A stretch of DNA of 64,000 bases, from NCBI GenBank assembly GCA_030248215.1, contig JASANG010002570.1, forward strand, positions 248,001 to 312,000. The letters run 5' to 3'. The notes under the pieces were generated by a model, which made no database searches, had not been told where the DNA came from, and saw only the letters and a program-made list of their open reading frames with translations. The DNA is from Enoplolaimus lenunculus. Its lineage: Eukaryota. Shown in pieces: positions 32,551 through 47,300 of the stretch. The first letter of the stretch is position 1; each line of letters opens with the position of its first letter. Position numbers and translations under genes: made by a program.

Positions 32551-34714
32551 ATTTTTTTCGGAATTTAACGGTGTAAAAATCACAAATTTTAAAAATCTAA
32601 CGGGTTCGTCGTCATTCTATTAAATTACGGAAAAACATTTCTTGTAGGTGGCTATGCCACTCTTATAATTACATTTCAAATAATACAACTAAAACAATAA
32701 AACTAAAACTAAAACTAAACCACACCTTAAGGGAGTCCCTGGCTCCAACTAGTCTCTCTTAGAAGTAAAGTTAGCTTTAGGTGGTGCTAGGAAGGGTAAA
32801 AATATTAAAATCCACGCGTGGCGGCTGAGGCGCAACGAAATTTACACTTGGGCCCTGCGTGGTCACTGATTAATGTTATTTTGCAGGCTTATGGTGTGTA
32901 ATCGCATAGTTTAAACTTTGTTTGAGAACAAAAAGATATTTTAACTTTCCCTGCTTGAGAAATTTCTAGTTTAGCAGACACCTATCGAGCTGGCATTCAA
33001 ATAAGTACAGGTCTCACGGGTGGCAGGCGTTTATCTTCACCACCGCTCAGCAGCTTTACGCTCGAGCCCGAAGTGCCTCTAGCGTCTTGTAGACATTTTT
33101 TTACAACATATATTAGATTGATTGTCAAACACCGCCCATTGTGTATTAATTACAACTTTGTAAGTTGCCGATACATGCACTCTAAGCTGACACACTGTAA
33201 ATTCCAATGAGTCGATTATTCAATTTCGGCTAGCGAGTTGGTTATTTTTTTTAATTAATATCAGTAAACATAAACTCATTGTGAGTTGTGTTGATTGTCA
33301 CTCTGAGTTGAATTGACTCGGTCGGGGTAAGCTCATTAAAGTCAGAAAGAAAATTAGTTTAAAGCTTAAGCTTATTCTATTCTTGTCCGAATGAAAAACG
33401 CTCCGCCCATGATCTTTACATGGGCCAATCTGTCGCACATCGTTATAAGCCTGCAGCTGGAGTAGTTTGCTATTCGAAATCCAATTTAACCGGTGATAAG
33501 CGCTACACACAATTGAAAATACACTGTAAATATCAATGAGCTGATATTGAGTCAGAATGAGTTGAATTCACTCAGACGTCTAAGTTCTGAATTAGGTCTT
33601 TCAGAACTCAGAATTTACAATTGATTAAACTGCATTCTGAATTAATTAATATAATACATAATTAAATCAGCTCAGAGTGAGTTAATGTTTACTGTTATAT
33701 TAATTCAGAAATAGCCAGAAATAACCAATTTTCTCTCTGAGTTGATTAATGTGTATAATTGTAATCTGATGAAGTTACAAAAACGGTTTTTCGTCAATGA
33801 ATTTGACAAATATGCAAAATCTAAACAATTTTAAGTAATTTGTCGTCGTTACACTTACAATAGCAAGAAAAACCAGTAAAAATATTAGTTTATATTTCAA
33901 AAAGACACTAAAAAACAGCAAAACTTTAAACCAACTTTCACATATTTTAACACATCTCTTTTCAGTTTATGTTGTGTTTTTTTTCTCATTTTGTATCGAG
34001 TTTATATCAAATAAACAAGAGTTTTTACTTAAAAATTTGAGTTTTTATGACAGTTGAGCTCTGTCATCGCACAGAGTTAAATTTGTTTTACAATTTTGCT
34101 ACAAACTTTCAAGCAGAGTGCAACCGGAGGTGAAAAATACCGTAGCCGGAGACGGAGGTCAACGAAACTTGCCGGGAGCCGGAAGTGAGGCGAAATTAGG
34201 TAGTAAAAAATGATGGTTAATTTGTTAATTTCAGCCAATATCTGCAATATGTTGAGAAGTTGTTCAGTTTTACGCGAATTTTCTGCGAAATTTCGGAAAT
34301 TCTTTCTTAAAAATTGTGACAAAAGTAAAACAAAACGCGCTAAACAGATAAATTTTGCAAAATTATGCAAAATTGTACCACGGAAATTGCCGGAACCTCC
34401 GGCAAAAATTACACCGGAGCCGGAGCCGTAGACGGAGGCCAAATAAGACCTACGGTTTTTACCCTGAGCTCCATTGATTTTAACGACCGCAGGCACACGC
34501 GCTCAACATCGATTTGTAACCCATCGTACGCTCGTTAGCGTGGTTTTGTCCAATATGACGCCGTTTTAAAAATATTCGGTTTCAGATTCAATCAACCATT
34601 TTCCCGATCATTTGATGCCCAAATTCAAATTATTAAAAAATGTTGGTTGATTTCTATCCAAGGGTGCCCCCCACTTGGTTGACAAGAGTACGGATAACTA
34701 AAGTTGGTTTTAGA

Positions 34715-34889
34715 CAGTGGCGGATCCAGGATCTCAAAATGTGGGGGGGACAAAATTTCACAGGTAATAAACTTATTTTTGACCCACACACAAACCACGA
34801 ACAAATGCCATAAAGTTGCTATATAATTTTTGTCGAGATGCTGTTGGGGGGCCATGGCCGGGGTGCCCCCCACCATGGATCCGCCATTG
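34715..34889. mobile_element. hAT-type MITE (CAGTGGCGGATCC)
   Basis: Exact 8-bp TSD GTTTTAGA. Confidence 0.9.
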
Positions 34890-35307
34890 GTTTTAGATAT
34901 AGAGCATCTGGACGGCACCATCTTTTGATGTCTCCCGTCACGTCGTATAGAATAGTATCCGTATTTACTTAATGCAGAATGCTGATTTTTGGCCAAATGT
35001 GGTAAACCGCCAATCCTCGAATATTTTTTGCACAACCAAAATTGATCGAATTTTGTCTGCAGGGCGTCAGGGGGTCTCAGCCCTTCCCTAGAAAATTTTC
35101 AACCTTGCTTGCCAATCATCAAAAATCCTTGAATGTCCCACCTGAAAATTGTTAGCCTCCTAGCAAGGTGAGCTGGCTACAGGGGCCTGTGCCTGCTGGA
35201 TTACAGAAGAGTGCCTCAAAATTAAGAAGCACGGTAGTATAGTGGAATTACAATCAGCTCAAACACATAGCAAACCTAATACATATTATTCGGCAACTTA
35301 AAACACT

Positions 35308-38300
35308 TTAATCAAAATCAAAACTAAACTGTGTTTCTTGCTGTTTCGAACTGAGAGATTTCCCATCGGACGGCATAGGCCTCGCAGCGGACTGCCAAGC
35401 GAACCCAGGCGTCCCAGGGCCAGTTTCTTCTACTACCGACTCTCGGACAGCTTTTTGCGTTTCACCGGGTTTTTCTGTAAGTAGAGTTGCTTCCGCGTAC
35501 GGGACGCCTTCAGAATTTGCACGTCTTCGTTGTTTCCGCCGCAAATAGCCAAATCGAATCAGTACGCAAACCATCAATAGCACTAAAATTGCACCAACCC
35601 CAATGCCAATAGCGTAATAATACCATGGTGCACTAAGTGCAACTCGCGAACGATCACGTGACAAAACTGTGATATTCGCTGTAGTTGATAGAGCGACAGT
35701 GTTGATGGTGTAATTATTATTCGGTTTAGGCTCAGGCTCAGGCTTAGGCTTAGGTTTATCAACCGATGGTAGCGATACAATAGCGAACGACGATATGACA
35801 ACGTCGGAATATTGATTTTTAAGCAACGTTGCCACATACATCCAACTACTGATTGATACTACTGTAGATGTTTTAGCGTGAATTGAACCTAATTTGCATA
35901 CAATCGTAGCACATCCGTGTCTCGGAGAGCATAATTGCTGTAGTTTAGCGATATCCACAGTTCCGTGATCCATTTGAGCTGAAGCCTCCTGTTCGATTTG
36001 GCCAATTACTGAGGGAATGGCAACTGGAGTGGTGCCTGAAGTAAGAGACCGTTTTGCCCTTTTAACCATTTGAGTCAATTGAGTTATGTGGCTGGCATCA
36101 TAAGGTTTTTGGTTTGTTTCAATATAAGATGTTTTTGGATCTACTAATGATATCGACTCACGTCTTCCAAGCGTCAGTTGAAAGTTTTCCTCATTCAACG
36201 GTACGTTTATGCTACACTGTGCAGAGTTCGACCCAGTACCTTGTACTGCCGGTTGATTCGCCAAATACAACAAATAGTCAGTGCCAGTTTTCCATGGCCA
36301 AAATATGGTTATTGTAGCACCGGATACTTGCGAGTAGCCGTCATTTTTCAACTGGTAAACGTGAGTTACGTTCGGTCCAACTTGCCATACGTACTCAACC
36401 CGCGAGCCTGAAGGTATATCGCTTGGACTGTAGAATTGTTCCGAGGGTAAGCTTGCGCTAAAAAATTCAAGATGCGGTTTGCTTACAATTGTAATACCGA
36501 CTGTTAGCTTGTTGTCGGCTTCAGTTGAGCTAGGTTCAGGGTCTATACTGCGGACTAAGGCATCGAAGTTAAATTTGTCAACAGATGTCGATGTAAGTGC
36601 AATCTGTTGCACTGATAAGCTAATCACCAACGAGACAACACCGTTTTCAGGCAGAGGGTTGCCGATGTCACAAGTGACGTTGTTGCTGGTTTGGGTTGTG
36701 TTTGATGCTGCAGAGTCTAAAAATAAATCCAAAACACCCAAAACCTGTATGAAATTAAAAAATTCTGTCAGCGAAGCGTTAGTAACGGTTTTAAAATTGA
36801 AAATAGAGAAATGAGTTGACTCGCATCTAAGAATTTCAGCTTGAGAAGCAACAAGATTTTCATATGACGCAAAGACGACTTAGCTAACAAATAATTGTTT
36901 AAACTGAGTTGAACTAAACGCTAAATAACTCGCGAGGATGATATATTCATCTGCAAAAATTTCTTAATTTTGGAACCCATGGATGACGTTGAACTGAACG
37001 GACCCTGAGATATTGAGCACACTATTGGACTCATGGCCAGTGTTACATTAAGGGGTGTAACAGTGAATTAAGCGTATTCCTAAGCCTAAGCCTAAGCGTT
37101 GCAAAAATGTGTTCCTAAGCCTAAGCGGAAGCCTAAGCCTAAGCAAAAAATGTAACCTAGAATCTAAATCTACTCTTTCACGGATCCATCAGAAACCTGG
37201 ACGCCCCTTAAAGTAACATGTGCCGGACTCGAGTAGCTCCGAGTTCGAGTTCGTGCTGCCGATTGAACTAAATAATTGAGGCAAATTGTAGAAATAAATT
37301 TGGTTCATACAGAAATATTATATATATCAGTCATATTAATACAAACAGAATTTATACGTTGCAGTTGCTTCGTAGTTGCGCCGTCATAGAGCGAACAGAA
37401 CACAGGCCTTTTATTCGAATCCGCTTGAAATCGGCCAAAATTATTAATTTGTAGCCGTGGTCCGTACAACAATATAAATTGAGCCGAGTACGCGTCTTGT
37501 TTTAAATTTTGAATTTTAAAATTTAAATTTATGCGTTCATCGACGCCTTGAACGAACGTTCGTGATACTTTACAAGACTGTCGTTTGCTGGATGACGAGC
37601 CGGCGGTCTGAAATCAATTTATATCAGCAGAAAATTGACACTATGAAGCTACGTCAAGTAGGTTTTCGAGTCACACAAGCGTGAAAATAATCACAATCGC
37701 TCAATATATACACTGCACGGCGCATGTATAGAACAGGGCCGGAACAGTAGTATAAGCCTAAGTCTAAGCCTAAGCCTAAGTCTAAGCCTAAGCCTAAGCG
37801 TATGGATGGCCTATTCCTAAGCCTGAGCCTGAGCCTGAGCCTAAGCCTAAGCCTAGCCTAAGCCTAAGCCTAAGCCTAAGTCTATGTCTAAGCGTATGGA
37901 TGAGCCTATTCCTAAAGCCGAAGCCTAAGCCTAAGCCTAATCCTACGCAAAAAATAGTCTAAAGCTTAAACTGACTCTATTATAGCCCCTCCGAAAACCG
38001 ATTCCGCCCTGTTCTGAACATGGGCCCAATGCGCAGGTAATTTGAAAACGGTGATTAGAATAATGTGAGCACTAGGATGTAAACGGATAGAAAAAATAAC
38101 GGAAACGAAAAAAGAAAGGAAAACAGACACTGAAGTATACAAGCTGTAAAGATGTTTTATATTTCTGCCAGCCTAAAAATTGACACATGCAAATATTGAC
38201 CGGGTTTTCTAAAATTTTAAAGAAAAAAGATAGCGGATGCACCGAAACTTTTACAATTCTGGATGAATTTCGCATGAAATTCACTTCGATGCCCTGATCA

Positions 38301-41300
38301 AAGTTATTCTTCCATTTTTCGACCCATGTAAAGATCAGGAGCGGAAAGTTTTTCTATCGGACCAGTATAGTGTAAGCTCAAGCTTTAGACTAATTTTTTG
38401 CTTGGCTTAGGTTTAGGCTTATGCTTATGAATATGCTTATAATACTGTTCCGCTCCTGTTCTTTACATGGGCCCATCTTCTTTTCTTAAGTGATATGTTT
38501 CAAAGGCCCATAGACGACATGTATATAACCGGAACTTGTTGCGGGGAAAAAGTCAACAAGTACCCTCCAAACTAACCGGCACTCGGCAAACTCCTGTTTC
38601 GACCGCAACGGACAAATCTGGAACACACGGTTTTCCAGCACAATGCTTGACAATATGGATACTCGTTGAGGATTGCGTTGTTTTGAATACGTCCAATATC
38701 GGTTCTAATTGGCCTAAAATTGCAAAATGTACCGTATTTGCAAAACGCGTTCATTAATACATGGTGAACGGTTTAGCTATTTTCTAGGGGCGTTTACTGC
38801 TAAACGGGCGAAAGGATTAATAATGTCTATCGCTTCTTGAAGTTGTTGGCCCATGTAAACATCAGGGGCGGAACGCGTTTCTGTTGAACTATAAAAGAAT
38901 AACTTAAAGCTTTAGACTAATTTTTTGCTTGGCTTAGGCTTAGGCTTAGGCTTAGGAATATGTTCGTTCTTACGCTTAGGCATAGGCTTAGGAATATGCT
39001 CGTTCTTACGCTTATGCATACGTTTAGGAATACGATTTTGATACTTTTCCGCCCTTGTTCTTTACATTGGCCAAGTTGTTGAAAAACGAAATTTTCGCTT
39101 ACACAAATGAAATATTTTCGCAAGTCAAAGCTTTACTTGTGAAGAGACAGTTTAGTATTTTGGAACAAAATAAAGTTTTAGTATTAGCCACTTTGAAACT
39201 TTTGTCAAATACTCTTTACTTGTAAGAGTCATACTAAAAAAACATGCGCCATAACGGCATTTTATTTCAAAATTGAAAATTTTCAACCTTTTCCAGCTCG
39301 CTTGTCTAACGAATATTTGAATTGAATTTCAATTGGCGACGTTGTATCTCGAATGAACGGTTTCAAATATATTGGGATTCGTTGACACCCAGCGGCTTCG
39401 TCTCAAACAACAACATCGGTCTGTATTCTCAAACGGTTGTAGCCGCTGTCACGATTTAGCCGAAATAGTGTTTGATTACGGTTTGACAAAAATATCCTAT
39501 ATTAGCTGTCGAGTGTATAGCAACACTAAACTTGTTTTGGGCAAATCTGTGTGAAATTTTATTCCTAAATCTCGCCTGGCCCAATCATGAATCTCATACC
39601 AAAACGTGAACTACAACCAGATCGGTAAATGTTTTATTTTGGGGTGTAAAACTAGTCTGAGCGTCATATTCGTAAGCCTAAGCCTGATAATATGTCAGAA
39701 ACCAAGGCTAAGCCTAAGCCTAAGGTTGATCAAAAAACAGCGTGAAGGTTCAAACCTATTTGCTATATGGCAGTCCAGCGTGGAAACCGGGACGCCCTTA
39801 AAGGTAAACACGGGCTACTGGTTCGAAGATTACAAAACCTATCAGTGCCTGGCGATGTGATGTTCACATATTTGAGAATAGCGGCACTAGAATTAATTAG
39901 CGGAGTTCTACGTTTAACCAAAAAGCGCAACAACGTCATTTTCCAACCCGAAGTCAGGTCTGTAGCCAGCTTACCTTTCACGGAACCTAATATTCTTATA
40001 AGGGACATTCAAAGGTTTTGTTTTTTGCTAGCGAAATCATTACTTTTCCAAGCGGACCAACAGTTTTTCTGGAGAGGGAGGGTGAGCTCAACTCGATATT
40101 TCTTTCTGACAACGGACTCGTGTCTAATAATACTTACTATTTTCAACGGGAAATCGTAGAACTGCATAAGATCGTGTATCGGTTCGGTTTAAGAACGCGG
40201 CTCGGTTGTACCCAGGTGACTTCTTGGCGTCCAAAGTCACATTCGCCAAAATTGTCACCGGCGATCGAACTGATACCGGGGTAGCGGTCAAACACAACTT
40301 GAGCGTAGCGCATGCAACGAGTACCTTTTTTGATGTCCTAAAACAAACAACAATCGCTGACTGAAAGCTACGACGGCTATCCTGGTTTGACCCAACAACA
40401 AAAACGAAAAATTTGAGCCAAGGTTTAGTGCTAAAATTGCGTTTGGCTTTTCGCTCGCGAGCTGTTTAGCTAAAAGTGGCGCTATACTTGTCGTGCGGCG
40501 CTGTGCGTCGCCGTCCGTCACCATGCGGTATTGTAAGTGAGTAAAATTCACGTACAATACCGCACGTTGATGTACGGCGCTAAATGACGCAGGACGATGA
40601 CGCACGGCGCCGAACGTCATCAAAACTAACGTCACCGCAATAGTGACGTCACTCGTAAGCGTACGACAGATTCCCTGCTAAACGCGAGAGCCGTCTCGGG
40701 TTTGAACGTTATGCGCTTTCTGCACTCGACTGGAGATGATGGACGGACCGTTTGGAAGGCTCCATTTCGATCTTTAAAATAGAGTTCAGTTGAAATTGTA
40801 TGAATTCAAGTAGGCACCGATGTAGTTTGTATGACTTGGGTTGACTTACGAACACGTTTTATGAGTCAAATCAATTGCTTCAGGTGTTTTGATTCGATCC
40901 TGAAATTAAATACCGTTTAATGATAAGATAACAACAAGCCTACTGATTATTAATTTTTAGGGAAAATTTGAATATTGTTTGCCTAAAATATCTGGTGCGT
41001 AAAAATATATATTAGGATATTGGTAAGTTTAAACCGTTTCAGCTAAGCTGTGACGAATCCAAAAATATCTAAGAGGAAGGCAAGCCGCACAAAAGATAAT
41101 AGTGAAAAACACTTACGATCGAAGTGAGCGCGAAGCTGACCGCGGAAAACAAAAAAATACTTGTTGCCGAAAAATTTATTTTTAACGCTATTTTATCGCT
41201 TTTAATGGTGTATACACACCATTTAGAACGCCAAAATCCTAAAAATGCAGTAACAAGAAACGTATGATAAATTGTGTAAAATGGCACTAAATTGAAAATG

Positions 41301-44300
41301 TTGGCAATACACGTTGAGACAATTTTAGTAAAATAAGTTAGACTAAATATGCCAATTTAATTATCGAATGAGAACAATTTTCAATACCGAAAATACTGGA
41401 AAATTGCGAAGAAAAAATACCGGATATGATTTATTACCGGAACCGGACAGTTAAAAATACCGAATTTCCCTACTGGAACCACAATTCCGGTTGCACTCTG
41501 AATTACATGGCAATACCCCAATAATAACAACAATTCGGAATATAATATTAAAAATATTGTGTATTTCGAATTTAAATTAAGTTTAGGTTATTGCGCACTT
41601 TTGTGAAAAAGCTCAACGTTTAAATTTGGGAAACGTGTTGCACCGAAACCAGTGGCTTTGATCGAAGATTTCACTTAAGCCTAAACCTTAGATGTCAGTG
41701 TAAAGGACACTGTACAAGTTTAATTGGTATATCTTGCAACAACGCAAAGCTGTGCTACATTGCTGCGTTTTGGTAAAGTGTTCCTATGTTGCCACAGACC
41801 AGGGTACAACCGGAGGTCTGCCTCCGGCACCGGCTCCGGCATTTTTCACCTCCGGCTGCACCCTGCCACAGACCAGTGGTGGGGTTACGCGTTTTCCCAA
41901 CGCCAGTACCAAACGGTTAATACCTCCAATGACAAAATAGGTCGGCTTTTAAAAAGAACCGCTGTATCGCTTTGATAAGCGCCGACCAGTACATCAGGCA
42001 ACGCGTTGTCGTCAACATTTCTTCCTGCGACCAACGACCAACCAAATTTCCACAAACCGTCAGCCGGGCCAGCTCCACGCCTGGTTACCGCTTCTGCTTC
42101 GATAATTTGGCTTGGTTTTAGCTGAATACCGGAACCTGAAACAACAGACAGCTCGAACTCGAGTCCGTATTAAGTCAGAGGACAGATGACGGTGAGCCCC
42201 ATAAAAATATATTAGCTCCTTACGAAGATTTTGGTTCCCTTTTGGGTCGATTGTTTGGAGGTTTTCTGACATACGGGACCAACTATGCGCCTGTAAATAA
42301 AGCGAAAAGATTACAGTGCAACTTTACCGTATCGAACAGCGAATTGCTGATTGAATGATTTAACCAAATATTACAATAAAATAAAAATCAAACGCAAACA
42401 ACAAAATTTAAGTAAAATCAAGGGCGTAGCGAAAATTTTAGTTCTAGAGGGTATAATCTCGTGTACAGGAAAATTTTTTGACTTCTAGAAACCAGAATCT
42501 CAGTAACGTTTGTTAATGTAAAGAACAGGGGTGGAACAGTATTATGTATATCCCTAAGCCTAAACCTAAGCCTAAGCCTACTTAAGAATAAGCCTAGGCG
42601 TAAGAATGAGCATATTCTTAAACCTAAGCCTAAGACAAGCAAAAAATAAATTAGTCTAAAGCTTTAAGCTTACTGTAGTGACCCGAATAAGAGGTGGGGA
42701 CTAATATTTATTTGGCCTCTCCAGAGGGTACCCCCCTTGTTATTCGGTTTTACAGACTGTAATTTATTTGTAACGCACGCTTCGCCGCCCTTTGTTAATG
42801 ATATATCCGGTACTGCTATTACCCGTTGAATTAAACGTATATTGTTTGTCTTGCATCAATAGCTTGAGCGATAATACAAGGATATACTAGGAATGTACTT
42901 TCAAAATTTAAGTACGCTTTAAAGTTTCGAACACAAATTATTTGGTCGTTGAGTCATTTATGCGCTGAAATTAGGGTTAATTGACATTTATGGACTCTAA
43001 TTAGGGTTTATGGACTCTATCCGCTTAAGGACTCTTATTAGCGATACGGATTCCAATTGATTCGGACTCAAAATGGGGACCCCCCTCTTATTACCCCCCT
43101 GTTATTCGGGTCAATAGAGTACTATTTTCTAGGTCCACAAAAAAACGTTCCACCCTTGATCTTTACATGGGACGTAAATTTAAACGTGATTTTCTTGCAT
43201 GTCCAAAAACTTATGCGGAATATATCCTGTTTATCTCTCGTTTTTTACACGTCGCTGATTAAAATTCAAACCACAAACAAATTAACCTTTGTCTCCAAAA
43301 TACACATAGACCGCACCGCGTGCATTACGGCCGGCACCAGGCGCCCCAACTACTAAATCGTCGTAAAAATCGTGATTCAAATCGCCCGCAGTCGAAATTG
43401 CGTTTCCAAACCGGGACCACGATTTTGGAGCCGGGTCAGTCAAAATGGCATAAGTTTCACCAAGAACTCCGTTATTTTGTGGGCCGCGAAACATCTCGAC
43501 CGGCGTACGCCGTGCGGTTTGAAAGTAGACCCAAACTTGGCCTTGTTCACGGGTGCCAGACGGATGGTTGTATAACGGCGCACCAACGGCTAAATCGTTG
43601 TGGCCGTCGCCGTTAAAATCGCCAAGCGCCACGCTGGCACCAAAGTACGAGCCCTGAAACAGCGAAATATCGACGAAGCCCACACAAACGCACCACAAGA
43701 GCACATGACGCCCCCAATGGTCTCTGATAAATTTTATTTTTTGCTTGTAGATAAATGCTACCTAGGACAAATAGGACTTAGGCCAAAATCATATATCTGG
43801 TTAAATAATTAGCGTAATATTTTTCGAAAAAATTTCTACGTGGTCAAAATTCACTATAGAGTCGAAACGGCTATCATTCGTTTCACTAATTCTAAGACCT
43901 CTACTCCGAATACAGGACTCTGCTGGTCATATGAGCATCCCACAAAAAATGGAAGAAAAAATGTAAACCCCAGCCTGTTGTAATTTTTTTGAAAATCCAT
44001 ACAAACCAAAAGTAAGCATCAATTGACCATACGGTGGGTAGTTCACAAAATTTGACCACGTCCACTCTCGGACGCGTGGCCTGGATTTTCACTAGCGAAA
44101 TATCTCGGCTACCAAGAGTTTAGTAAAAGTTAAATTATGAAGAATTGGCGAACGAAAATGTTGGCAAGAAATCTCACAAGCGAAGCGAGCGAGAAGCAAG
44201 ACGTAACTTTAGTATTAAACCCGACTCTATGTTTTAAGCCCTATTCACACGTGCAAGTTTTTGCTGCGAGAAGTTGCAGCTGCAAATTGCAAGCAGAATA

Positions 44301-47300
44301 TGCATTATTTTATCAGTACAATGAGAAAGCGGCTGCAATTAATTCAGCGAACTTACCTGATTATTTACACGTGTAAAAAAGGTCATAGCTGTGATTTTGA
44401 TGAATTATTTGCAGCTGCAACTGTTTCGAACGGGATTTTCGGCAAAACTTGCAAGTGCAAGTTTCAGTTGCAAGTTGTCGCAGCAAAAACTTGCACGTGT
44501 GAATAGGGCTTAACAGTCGCTAAACGTTTCTTCGTTCACGGATTACGAGTCTTGACCGCCAGACCATCCCTGGCTACGCATCCTACCTTCTATACATTTT
44601 TCTGCGTTACAGCGAGTAAAAAGTGCCAAAACTTACAGTTTGGACGCCTTCGATAGTAAACAAATGCTTCAAATGCTGTGTTAGGATAACGACAGCGCCT
44701 CGTAGATTATAAGCCCGCGGTGCACCAGCCGCTACTGCCACTGCAGTTTCTTGATGCAACGGTTTCCGCGATGCCGTGATTGAATATCCAGCGTACGCAG
44801 ACATATCAATTTTGAGATCATCTATAAAACAACACAAGGGAGTGATCCAAGACTGGTCCACCAGACCTTGGCCATCCGCCCCTCCATCAAGGATAAAATC
44901 CAAAATTTTGGATTAAGGTTAAGTACTAAAATAACGTTCAGCTTCTAACTCGCTACGCCCAACGGATAAACGGATAAGTATAAAATGTTTCAAAGTTTTT
45001 TTATTTTTCTGTCAATACAATTGAAGCGTGCAAATATTCACTTGTAAAATTTAAAAGAAAAAATGGCGGATGCATCGAATTTTTTAAGATTATGGATTAA
45101 TTTAATAATTTTTATTTCATTTCAAGCAATTACAACATATCTTTAATGAAAAATTGTGCGCTATACACCTGGTTAATAACCAAAATTTTGAGCGTAAACG
45201 TAACACAAGTTCCGTTATTTCTATAACGGAAACGGAAATGGACACCGATTTTTACTGGAAACGAAAACGGATATCCGGTTGCACACTGGTAATGTTGTGG
45301 AATATACATTTCATATGACTTTAAAAATGAATTAAAGGTAAACAAACACAAGCGGCAAATGGTTTATATGAAGCTCAAAATCGGTGGCCAATGTTACTTT
45401 TAGGACCGTAACAGTAGATTAAGCGTATTCCTAAGCCTAAGCCTAAGATTGGCAAAAGCGCATACCTTAGCCTAAGATTAAGCCTAAGCGTTGCAAAAGC
45501 GTATTCTTAAGCATAAGCCTAAGCCTAAGCGTAAGCGAAAAAATGTAGTCTACAATGTAAGCCTATTCGTTTACAGACCAACCACAAACCGGGACGGCCT
45601 TAAAAGTAACATGGGCCAAACCGGTTATCTGGCAAAATAGGTGAAAAATATGGCAAGCTAATCAACAGAACATCAAAAAAATTTATACCTTTAGCGCAAT
45701 TGAAAACTTTGGTAAAAACGTTTCTAAACATTAAAAATTCGCGGAAAATACCGGATCCGTCAATGAGCTTAGACTGGAGACCGAAACCCGCCCGTACGCT
45801 CGCATCCTTCATCCGCCTTTGCGTCATACCTTCGCCAGTATACTTGACGTCTTCATCGCTACGACTTCCACCTATTCCTCCAAACACAGCTCCCGAAAAC
45901 TTCCACGACCCTGGAGCGCCCCAGTAGCGATTGCCGTTCCACGCTGACGCCTCGCTAAATCCAAACATCCCTGCCCCAAGACGATCCTCCAGTCGAAATC
46001 GACGTCCTCGTCCTGAATCGTCGTTGATCGAAATTAGAGACCGAATAGGATTGAAAATAGTTTTTGATGAATTTTGAGCAAAGCTTGTGATACATTCACC
46101 AGTCGGCAAGTAAATGTAATCGTTTTTGACTTTGACACGTTTTTGGAGCAATGAGTAGCGTGGCGAACACGACGAAATTAAGTCATCTCGGCTACTGATG
46201 CTTACTGTTGCTCCGAGCATCTAAAAAATTGACGATGTATGCTGGCCGTAGGCAGCCGCAATGTGCTACACTCAAAATAATATTTCTGCTATTTAAGAAA
46301 AAATTTCTTACATTTGAGAAATATGATTAGCAAGGTGCACCTGAAAAGTATTTCTGTTATAACAGAAATTTTTTCAGAAAACGTTTTGAAATAAAGTCTG
46401 AAAATAAACGTTTTCCAGTTATTTTTAGAAAAATTGTCTTAAATATCAGCAAAACTTTTCAGATTTGCCACAGAAAACACTTTTCTGAATAAATTCTGAA
46501 ATACTTTTTTTGTGTGAGAGAAGCTAAGAAGTTAATTTATAGAATGTACCCTTCATGAAATAGAGCGAGGTAAAAATCGACATCCAGCTGTCTCGAATTT
46601 CAAAAATGAATCTGAAAATCATAAAAGCTCTATTTCACAAAGTTTTGATAAAAGAAATTTTGACACTTTGAATAGAAACAAAATTCTTTGGCCCATGTAT
46701 AGAACAGCCGGATCGTTCTCCAGAGGGGCTACAAGGCTTAGGAATAGGCTCATCCAAGTACACCCTGTTATTCGGTTACGGACTGTTACTTATTTTTAAC
46801 ACGCCTTCTACCGCTCTTTGTTACTATTCGGTATTGTAACTATCCCGTTTATTTGTCTTGTATCAAAAGTTTGAATAATAAAGCAAGGTTATGTGCTTTC
46901 AAAACTTACGTATACTTTAAAGTTTTGAACACAACTTTATTTGGTATTGGAGTCATTAATGCACCACAATTAGGGACAATTGACCTTTATGGACTCTAAT
47001 TATGGTTTAAGGACTCTATAGGCGTACAGGGATACGGATTCCTATTACTTGAAACTCAAAAGGAGGACCACCTCTTATTCGGGTCACTACTGTAGTCAAT
47101 TTAAACCAGCTTTGGTTCATTTTTCAGTTATATTAGCAAAAAATGTGTGATGTTCCCGACCAATCTTATCTTGGCTAACTTGCTTTAAGGTCTTGACGTC
47201 ATTAAGCAACAGCCTAACTTGTCCAGGTTACCTGATTGTCTTTCAGTTCAACGGTATAATTCAACTTTCGATTGAATTCGGGTTTCGTCAAATCCAATTT

